A stretch of 64,000 bases of DNA from Octopus vulgaris (taxonomy: Eukaryota). Within the stretch, counting starts at the first letter, position 1. Every line of letters begins with the position of its first letter. Location of the stretch: assembly GCA_951406725.2 (NCBI GenBank), contig OX597819.1, positions 38,750,001-38,814,000 on the forward strand, in the 5' to 3' direction. The notes below the pieces were generated by a model. That model did not search any database, had not been told where the DNA came from, and saw only the letters and a program-made list of their open reading frames with translations. Position numbers and translations under genes: made by a program. Below are positions 54,455 through 64,000 of the stretch, one piece after another.

Positions 54455-54632
54455 GGCTTTGAAAAACCTTTGAGCTTAGAAGCAAAGTCGCTAAGTATTT
54501 TCTTCAATGTTTTCCTGAAGAAATTCTTTCCAGGATGAATGATGAGACCAGAAAGTATGAATGTCAACAGGGTTATGCCTGTCTCATTACATCAATGGAG
54601 GAGATGAAGGAAATTAGTGCCCAAGAATTGGT
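54455..54632 (+). pseudogene. Possible piggyBac transposase fossil fragment
   Basis: Reads KYFLQCFPEEILSRMNDETRKYECQQGYACLITSMEEMKEI, resembling the F..FF....I..ETN.YA..T..E.K segment of piggyBac/PGBD transposases. Confidence 0.45.
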
Positions 54633-55361
54633 ATGTTATAAATACGTGGGAAAACAAGTTTGTGTAATCAACTTATCTCTTTCCTAAGTGTCCTCTTCAA
54701 CACATTTATCTCCTTTTATCTTGTTCATAATGTCTGCAACCCTCTTACTCTTCCAGTCTTCACACTAGCCACTTGAACCTACCCTTCTTTCCCAGGCATC
54801 AATCCTTTTGAATTTCCTGCTTTGTTTATTTTTTTTTTTCCTTGAAGTTATTGATTAACAGATACTTGAGATGACCATCAACCAAATAAATCATAGGAAT
54901 ATTGGGGGCCAGTAAAAGACATGAGAACAACCCATTTCTTCTAGTTAAATTATTAATAAAAAAAAACCCCCAAAAAAACTAAATGATAATTTGAGGAATA
55001 TATGGGTGTAATTTCTTATAGATTGAACAATTGCACAGAGGTTTCATTAACAAACCAAAAGCTTGTATGCTGAAATGTATGAATATATTTAATGACAGGA
55101 GGATTTTTTAATGTTTATCCCAAGGCAAGCTTCTTACTAATCATGTTATACAGAAATAATGAAATATTGATACTTTGAAGCAACATAATTTTTGCCGACT
55201 TGTATCTAAAAACTGTTTTTGACTAATTTGGTGACACTAAGCCCCAAAATCACAGTTTGTGCCTATGATGTCACATCTTTTTGTTCTCTGTTATGCCTAT
55301 GCCTTTTAACAGTCACCTTACAAAAGTACCTAATTAGACCAACAGGTATTGACTCCAAATA

Positions 55362-55590
55362 TACCTATTTCTTTACTACCCACAAGGGGTTAAACACAGG
55401 GAGGACAAACAAAGACAGACAAACGGATTAAGTCGATTATATCAACCCAGTGCGTAACTGGTACTTATTTAATTGGCCTCGAAAGGATGAAAGGCAAAGT
55501 CAGCCTCGGCAGAATTTGAACTCAGAATGTAAGGACAGACGAAATGCGGCTACGCATTTCGCCCGGCGTGCTAACGTTTCCGCCAGCCAA
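55362..55590 (-). mobile_element. SINE family A (tail type ii)
   Basis: Similarity to 8760-8986. Confidence 0.85.
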
Positions 55591-56351
55591 ATATGCCATC
55601 AGAATTTCTCTACCAGTTCTAGTTTTGGAGGTACAGCTGATACAGCCCTTCTATTGTGATGTACCCACTCATGTATTGAAATTAAGGACCTTAACTTAAC
55701 TTTTTGTAACCATATTTCTGTTGAAAAACACTGCCTTCGTTTCAATTAATTTTGAAAAGAATTTAATAAATGAACTTTGTTGTTATTAACCTGATGTTTG
55801 GAACATAAATCATGAAATTTTGAAAGACGGATTTAATTTAGATAACTTTAAACATGAGGTTTGCTCCATAGAAGCCGAAGTGGTCTTGGGTGGATCGGTA
55901 TCAAAAGACCTAAGTGTACTTTACATTTTGGTGCATTAGAGATTAAACCTATTCTTTGCTATATATCAGGCAATGATACCAAAAAATGGCAATAGTATCA
56001 GATCAAAGTATTAAATGACCTGCTATATAGATGCTAACAGTACTAATACTATCAATATACTGCATGCTATTAAAACGTATTATCATAGCAGTTTATTTCA
56101 TCACAAAGGCTAAGAGTAAAACCATTGAACAAAGAAAGCTTATGCTCTACTTATGCAGTAAATTGCCTGGAATTGAGCAAGGCAAAATTTAATTAGGGAT
56201 TTTTTTTATAATCTCTAGATAAGAGAGCATATAAAAATGTTACCATTCAAGAATTCAATGGACAATATTCTGGTTACCAAATGTTTCTTGGCAGCCATAA
56301 GGCAGAAAACTACTCTAATCCAAGAGAAAACATAACCTTTTTTTTTTTACC

Positions 56352-56546
56352 AGTTTACTTGTTTCAATCATTTAGATTGTGGCCATGCTAGGGCACTTCC
56401 TTAAAGAATTTCTAGTCAAATGAATCAACCCAGCCTGGCACTTATACTATTGATATTTTTTGCTGAACCACGAAGCTACAGGGATGTAAAAACACCAACA
56501 CTAGTTGTCAAGTAGTGGTGGGAGACAAATACAGACACAAGCAAGT

Positions 56547-56579
<33 letters not shown>

Positions 56580-56737
56580 GTAGGCTTCTTTCAGTTTCTG
56601 TCTACCAAATGCACACACAAAGTTTGGTCGGCATGAGGCTATAGTAGAAAACACTTACCCAAGGTGCCACACAGTGGGAGTAAACCCAGAACCATGTGGT
56701 TGAGAAATAAGCTTCTTACTACACAGCCATGCCTGCA
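56352..56737 (-). mobile_element. SINE family C
   Basis: Family C head, core and tail. Confidence 0.8.
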
Positions 56738-56907
56738 CATTCAGCAATTTTAGTATGCTTGGCGTTAACACAAGCATAGAGATCTTTTATGTTCATTGTT
56801 TGCCAAAAAAAAAAAAAAAAAAAAATGCTTGATGATTTAAGTAAAGAAGAAGAAAGGTTTTATCAGAGTATATAAACAAGTACCAGAAATGATACAATAC
56901 ATACACA

Positions 56908-57070
56908 TTCTTTTCTACTCTAGGCACAAGGCTCGACATTTTTGGAAAGGGTGCCAGTCAATTAGATTGACCCCAGTACGCAACTGGTACTTAATTTATT
57001 GATCCTGAAAGGATGAAAGGCAAAGTCAACCTCAGCAGAATTTGAACTCAGAATGTAAAGACAGATGAAA
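56908..57070 (-). mobile_element. SINE family A, 5'-truncated (tail type i)
   Basis: Family A core and tail. Confidence 0.8.
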
Positions 57071-57550
57071 GTAATATATACATATTGGCTGACTACTGCA
57101 TGAACTATCAGCAGATAAAAGCCTATAAAAAAAAGAGGCTTCTTATGTTATGACAACTGATCTTTTTATATAATTTATGTTTATTTTTGGATTACAGTTA
57201 TTAAAGATACTAATTCAATGGTTGTTTTAATAATAACAACTGATATATTAATAACATTAATTATGAAATTTGTTTACACCTTTTGGCTTCGAATAAGCCA
57301 CTGGGTGAAAATTACTGTCTCCATCAAAAAAAAAATTTAATAATAAATTTTATTCTACTTAAAATATTTTCTCTGTTAGTAAATGTCTTGTTATTATTCT
57401 TAACATTGATTTAAAATTATAGTCTTTAAAACTTTATAATAATAACCAATTTCTGTATCAAAACAGCTGATCACTATTTGATAAGAGCTGATAAAGTGAA
57501 ACTGGTACTGTATTCGGAATTAATACCCTAAATTTTCTCAAGAATGTTAA

Positions 57551-57768
57551 CCCTTTCGTTACTGTATTTATTTTGAGATGCTCTGTGTTTCTTTCAATTA
57601 CTTTAAATATAATAAAGAATTTAGTAAAATAACTTAGTTATCATTAAGCTAGTGTTAGGAACATATATTGTGACTAAGGTTTGGTGGAAGATTTTGATTC
57701 AAAACATGAAAACAAGACATTTGTACTCAGAGTCAGAGCTGGTTTCAGCCGGGTTGGTAACGAAAGGG
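57551..57768. mobile_element. piggyBac-type MITE copy 2
   Basis: TTAA|CCCTTTCGTTAC..GTAACGAAAGGG|TTAA; reverse complement of 15186-15404. Confidence 0.9.
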
Positions 57769-58321
57769 TTAAGTAACTAAGGCATCAAAATCTTAATGGC
57801 AACTGAGATCCCTAATTTAGTTTGTGAGTAGATACATTAGCATATAAAGAGATATACTGTATTTCCAAAACTAGAACTGATAGGATAAACCTAATGGAAT
57901 GCCAACATCCCAAATATATCCTATATATAAAAATAACTTTCAAGGCACCAGAATTTTTTAAGAGCAGTGTTATATCTGTAATATCTTCTGCAGATATGAG
58001 ACATTATCAACATTTTCAATTGCATACAAACATAGACATGTATGAGCATCTATGTATGTGTGTGTGTATGCGTGTGTGCATGTGTATGTGTGTGTATAAT
58101 ACATAATAGAAAGCATCTCTCCTCTGGGATATTGAAAATGATTTCTTTCCATATAAAAACATAATGTACAGTTCTAGTTCTATTGTAGATGATATGTGTG
58201 TGTATGCATATATGTGTCTGTGTATGGCTTTATACACACATGCACACATAGTTAAATACAAAAATACAGTGATGTATGAGTGTGCACACTCATCCAGTAA
58301 CGCACATACATACACATGGAT

Positions 58322-58364
<43 letters not shown>

Positions 58365-58866
58365 CAAAAAAAAAACTTCATATTCTTCTTTCAGGAAAAT
58401 TTTACTCTTCATGCACATTATATATCATCCATTATTACATTATATGTATGCATGTGTATGTGCACATGCATGCATGCATGCGTGTGTGTGTGTGTGCAGT
58501 TGATATTCCTAACTATCAACTATAGAGAACACTATAAATTAGCTCCTTTAATAACACATATACATTTTCACATACAGAAATGTTTGCAAAATCCTCATTA
58601 TATATGCAAAATACCATTTCATGATTTTGTACTGGCTAATGGAAGTGTATCACAGGTACCAAATGTATAACACCTGATTTATAATTAGACACACTATGAC
58701 AACATATATTCTGTGTAAATTCCGATTTGGTGTTGTTTTGGTGTTAGAGAAAATTGAAGGTGTTAGCCATGCCTCAATAAACATCTATAAACAATGAATA
58801 ATATATTTGCAAAACTGGGATGTTACCAACACAACACTATCAATAATTTAACATATATAATTAAAC

Positions 58867-59226
58867 AGTGGCACGTAAGCGAACCATCTGAACGTGGCCA
58901 GAGCCGACCCGATGGGCCTCCGTGCCGGTGGCATGTAAAAAGCACCATCCGATCATGGCCGTTTGCCAGCCTCGCCTCGCCCTCGTGCCGGTGGCACGTA
59001 AAAAGCACCATCCGATTGTGGCTGTTTGCCAGCCTCATTTGGCACGTAAAAAGCACCCATTACACTCACGGAGTGGTTGGTGTTAGGAAGGGCATCCAGC
59101 CGTAGAAACATTGCCAGATCAGACTTGGCCTGGTGCAGCCATCTGGCTTCCCAGACCCCAGTTGAACCGTCCAACCCATGCTAGCATGGAAAGCAGACAC
59201 TAAATGATGATGATGATGATGATGAT
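58867..59226 (+). mobile_element. Repeat family B
   Basis: About four VNTR units, conserved 3' end, (GAT)n tail. Confidence 0.85.
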
Positions 59227-59387
59227 ATTTCATTTAATTTAATGATAGCTTATGTAAAACAGTTTCCTATCATTACACATCAAAAATTTTTTACTTTGAC
59301 CTGAAGTCAAGTTATTGAATAGAAATTTAAATAAATAATTCTAATCAGGTCATGAGTCTTATTTCCCAAAATTGTGGACTTTTTTCT

Positions 59388-60218
59388 TTTCTTTTATTTG
59401 TTTCAGTCATTTGACTGCGGCTATGCTGGAGCACCGCCTTTAGCTGAGCAAATCGACTCCAGGACTTATTCTTTGTAAGCCTAGTACCTATTCTATCAAA
59501 CTCTCCTGCCGAACCACTAAGTAACGGGGATGTAAACACACCAGTATCGGTTGTCAAACGATCTTGGGGGGACAAACACAAACACACAAACATATACATT
59601 CACACACACACATATATATATATATATATTGAAACTCCAACGTCTGGCAGCTGACTTGGCAGACACCCATCTTACAAACAATAACTCTGAGCACCTTTTC
59701 AAACTCCACCTGTCTAACACCCTTGGACATGTTTACAAAGTCAGAAAACAGCACAACTCCCATGAATTTCGTAAAATATTTTTTCATGCTAAGAGTTGCT
59801 GAAGCATGGAACAAACTGCCGGCATCAGTTGTTAGTTGTCGGAGCACTGCATCCTTCAAAACTTCCATGCTTCCTGAAATTCGCCAACACTACACCTGAT
59901 TTTCTCCTCTCCATACACACGCAAGCATGTATCTGACTCATACACTGTTCACTTTCCATACATTTGTACATTACTGCATATGCTTTATGCGCACTTTTGA
60001 CAAGTTGTGGTGCACTTGAGCACTGTATACAATAATTTCATTATTTTATATATATACGACGGGCTTCTTTCAGTTTCCGTCTCCCAAATCCACTCACAAG
60101 GCTTTGGTCAGCCCGAGGCTATAGTAGAATGCACTTGCCTAAGGTGCCACGCAGTGGGACTGAACCCAGAACCATGTGGTTGGTAAGCAAGCTACTTACT
60201 ACACAGCCACTCCTGCAC
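59388..60218 (-). mobile_element. SINE family C split by a LINE insertion in its (TA)n spacer
   Basis: Tail half at 59388-59627 and head half at 60046-60218. Confidence 0.85.
59628..60045 (+). mobile_element. CR1-like LINE 3' fragment
   Basis: FFMLRVAEAWNKLPASVVSCRSTASFK matches the CR1-type C-terminal RV..WN.LP..VV..S..FK motif; 3'UTR follows. Confidence 0.75.
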
Positions 60219-60242
60219 CAAAGAAAAAGAAGAGGAATATAA

Positions 60243-60475
60243 TACCTATTTCTTTACTACCCACAAGGAGCTAAACACAGAGGGGACAAACAAGGACAGA
60301 CAAATGGATTAAGTCGATTACATTGACCCCAGTGTGTAGCTGGTACTTAATTTATCGACCCTGAAAGGATGAAAGGCAAAGTCGACCTCGGCGGAATTTG
60401 AACTCAGAACGTAATGGCAGACGAAATATGGCTACACATTTCGCCCGGCCTGCTAACGATTCGGCCAGTTCGCCG
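60243..60475 (-). mobile_element. SINE family A (tail type ii)
   Basis: Similarity to the other family A copies. Confidence 0.85.
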
Positions 60476-60809
60476 GTAATAGCATTTATTGGTTTCCATG
60501 TTGGTATTTGCAAAGTTTGGACAGAGAGTTCAAAATATAAGATACTGGAGTGAATGAGGGACTATAAGTCAATAAAAAAAAACCTTTATGTATAAAAATA
60601 CAAGGAACAATTCAGTCTATTTCTTATGTTTTGATACTTGGAAACCAAAAATATGAAAGGTAAATGTGAGTGAACATAAAGGATAGGTACTAAGAGATAA
60701 GAATTATTGCATAGAACATCAACACAAAAATAACAACAACAATGATAATAATGAGGTTTATTAAATGGTTGCAATGAGCAATGACAAACGATGACTGGTC
60801 AGTAAAACC

Positions 60810-61155
60810 ATATCTGAAGACTATAGGGAAATGTAGTTAAAGCATAGGACAGATTGACTATCAGAAAGCTTTTGACAGAGTTCCCTGTATATCTGAAGAC
60901 TATAGGGAAATATAGTTAGAGTATAGGACAGATTGACTATCAGAAAGCTTTTGACAGAGTTCCCTGTATATGAGTCTTGGAAACACAAGTTACAAGTAAA
61001 TTAGCACCAATAATAAGCAGATAAGTAAAACATATAATGAGTAATTGACAAATAATTCTGTAAAAAACAACACAGAAGAGAGAATTATAAACAAAACCCA
61101 TCTCCATTAGAGGAGGAATATTCAAAGGAACTCTTTATGTCCACTCTTTTTTCAG
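60810..61155 (+). pseudogene. Old R4/Dong-like RT remnant with a 79-bp tandem duplication
   Basis: IDYQKAFDRVP occurs twice; IRGGIFKG..LCPLFF is a GIFQGD-like remnant. Confidence 0.55.
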
Positions 61156-62338
61156 TCTAGAACTTACAAACAATGAGCAATAGTTCAAACACAGTTCACT
61201 AGAATTCCAATGCAAATATGAAACCTAATATATACACATTTCAATAAAATTTGAATGCTTAGTTGGATAATAGTTGTATTATAATTGAAAGCCAAATGTA
61301 ATTGCCTGATTTAGGTGAACCCCTCCTATGCACACACAAAAAAATATGGCAGAGGTATGTTGGGAGTGATAGTACCCCCTTCTTTCACTTTCGTATACAT
61401 CAAGGAACTGGTAAGGAGAAGGGTAACATATCTGGTCAGATATCCGGCTGGTCTGAAAGCTTGCAACTAAGATGTCATTAAAGCACCCAAGGACCAGTTG
61501 GTGGTGTTAAAATGGGTAAAAAATGAAATCTACCACACTGAAATGAACAGGAACAGTCCCTCTTAATAAGATTCCACACAGTTTCCCATATACTCTATTA
61601 AATTTCCAAGGTTTACATTTAACCAAGATTATAGTACAAAATTCTCACTTTTTCAAGGTGCCATACAACAGGATTGAACTCAAAACCACATATCTGTAAA
61701 GTGAACTTGTTAACCACACAAACGTTACTGCATCCAAGACCTTTATACCATACTCACAAAATTTCAAACTATATTATAGATATGTGAAACCATATGCCAT
61801 GGTTATTTAAATTAACATCTTCGACACATAGCCACAGAACATTAGAAGCATTTGTTTCAAACATATAGTAAAATGCTTCTGAACCAATCGTAAAGAACAC
61901 TTCTCAGAATTCTTTATAGTCGCAATGAACTTTGATTACTAAGTCATCTTCGACATGAATAGCCAGGTCTCAGAGGATGTATTTCAGACATAAAAAAAAA
62001 AAAACATTAATTACAATTTCAAATGACTTCTTTTCTTTTTATTTATATTGTAGTTTAAGGTTTCCATTTATATTATTACAGTTCCAGAGAAACATCGCAA
62101 AACGGTGTATCTACAGAAAAAGAAGGATGAGGTGGTAGGAGATGTCATGGAATACAATTACACCACCTCTTGTACACATCTACCTCAAAGTCACCTGGTT
62201 TACAACCCTGTTCATTCCTTTTGTGTGCATTGAACAAAGCCAGTTTCCTATTTCTAAAACTATTGCAAATTTGTGCCTTTAGCAATGTGACAAAAACTAC
62301 CAGAATTCTTTTATAACTTTTGCTGTTTGTACACTCAC

Positions 62339-62380
62339 CTAATGTTGGTGTATATTTGTAAGTGTGAGACTTAAGAAAAG
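62339..62380 (-). other. Candidate 42-nt symmetric exon of a host gene
   Basis: Acceptor TCTTTCTCACTTTTTTCCAG, donor TAG|GTGAGT; open only in phase 1 (FLKSHTYKYTPTL). Confidence 0.35.
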
Positions 62381-62526
62381 CTGGAAAAAAGTGAGAAAGA
62401 GAGAGAGAGAGAGAAAGAGAGGAGGATATATATTCAAACACAGGTGAAACTATATATTCCTATATTTAATTAGTAGTTGTCAGTTTGAAAAGATTATGGT
62501 ACTGCCAAGTTCACACTTGTGTTCTA

Positions 62527-62708
62527 CATCATCATCATCATCGTTTAACATCCGTTTTCCATGATGGCATGGGTTGGACGGTTTGACTGGGGACTGGGAA
62601 GCCAGAAGGCTGCACCAGGCTCCAATCTGATATGGCAAGGTTTCTACAGCTGGATGCCCTTCCTGATGCCAACCATTCCAAGAGTGTAGTGGGTGCTTTT
62701 TACATGCC
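62527..62708 (-). mobile_element. Repeat family B 3' part
   Basis: (GAT)n tail and conserved family B end. Confidence 0.8.
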
Positions 62709-62760
62709 AAAATATATATATATATATATACATACACACATAAACATACACATGTGTGTG

Positions 62761-62815
<55 letters not shown>

Positions 62816-63351
62816 AGCATTTATATATAAGTACAGGTAAAATAGCGTGGTTAAGAAGTTCACTTTGGAATCATGCAGATTCTCTAGTTCAATCCTGCAG
62901 CATGGTACCTTAGACAAGTATTTTCTACTGTGGCCTTAAGTTGGTCAATACCCTGACAGTGATAGTTAATTAGGAGGGGGAAACTGTAGAAGTTGTATAT
63001 GTGAATGCACAAATGCATGTGTGTGTGAGTGTGCATATGTGTATGTATGTGTATACATATATATCTGTGAGTGTATGTGAGTATGCATGTGTGTGTGTGT
63101 GTATGAGTTTGTCTCTATCCTTGTTTGTATTTATATTTACCTTATGTAAAAGTTGCATTTCTTTATGGTAAATTTAAAGAGATGACTTGGCCATTTGACA
63201 AACAGTAACCAATAAAATATGTATCTGATTGAAATAAGCACTGAGGTTGATAAGACCAACTAAAACAAGCATGTATGATGGATAGTGCTCCAGTGTGGCC
63301 ACAGTGCAATCATAGAAATCAGCAAAATACTAAAATAATACAGATACAGAT

Positions 63352-63515
63352 ATGGCTGTGTAGTTAAGAAGCTTGCTTCCCAACAGTATGGTTTGGGGTT
63401 CAGTCCCACTGTGTGGCACCTTGGACAAGTTTTCCATTTTAGCCCCAGGCTGAATAATGCTTTGTGAGAGAAGTTGGTAAAGAAAAACTGTGTAGCAGCC
63501 TGTTGTATATATATT

Positions 63516-63565
<50 letters not shown>

Positions 63566-63590
63566 TGTGTGTATGTGTGTGTGTGTGTTT

Positions 63591-63629
<39 letters not shown>

Positions 63630-63845
63630 TCTGTATGAACTTGTACTCTCCCTCACACCACTTGATACCCGGCATTGGTCTGTTTACATCTTTGTAACTT
63701 AGAGGTTTGACAACAGAGACCAATAGAACAAGTATCAAATTTAAAAATCAAACATAAGTATTGGGGTCAATTTCTTCGATGAAACCCTCCAATAAGGCAC
63801 CTCAAGGTAGCCACAATCCAATGACTAAACAAGCAAAAGATAAAG
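63352..63845 (+). mobile_element. SINE family C with expanded (TG)n spacer
   Basis: Family C head, core and tail. Confidence 0.75.
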
Positions 63846-64000
63846 GATGACGTATAAATGTGTGTACGTGTGAGTATGTGTGTGTGTGAATGAGTATGTA
63901 TGAGTATGTGTGTGCATATGTGTATACTCTTTTACTTGTTTCAATCATTTGACTGCGGCCATGCTGGAGCACTGCCTTTAGTCGAACAAATCAACCCCAG

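Noticed and set aside
58867-59060. CRISPR-like repeat-spacer appearance of the GTGGCACGTAAAAAGCACC arrays
   Set aside because: The spacers are related to one another, the arrays are part of a dispersed RTE-derived repeat, the context is eukaryotic and there are no cas genes

Overview
AT-rich, repeat-saturated eukaryotic DNA with no complete host gene. The tRNA-derived SINE families, RTE/CR1-group/Dong-R4 LINEs, Penelope-like elements and large (TA)n/(CA)n/(AG)n arrays suggest a coleoid cephalopod such as Octopus (inference). Most ORFs in the supplied track are microsatellite artefacts. The genuine coding remnants are all transposon-derived: an open, 5'-truncated CR1/L2-group RT ORF (25538-27299), three Penelope-like loci (RT and/or GIY-YIG), RTE and Dong/R4 3' fragments, and a possible piggyBac fossil. 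Non-coding mobile elements include three or four non-autonomous Helitrons and MITEs with TTAA, TA or 8-bp TSDs. The most notable observations are: (1) several hammerhead ribozyme motifs, including a canonical one at 41871-41955 and a minimal one downstream of a tRNA-like Pol III head at 44584-44833; (2) a near-perfect ~760-bp inverted repeat around a GIY-YIG ORF; (3) Helitron 3' hairpins in two flipped forms; (4) a LINE/SINE pair sharing a 3' motif with a sequence-divergent stem-loop; (5) minus-strand splice signals (an AG|GT recursive-type site and 6/9/42-nt candidate exons), suggesting the window lies inside very long introns of a minus-strand gene. All coordinates were read by eye, and repeat boundaries are approximate.
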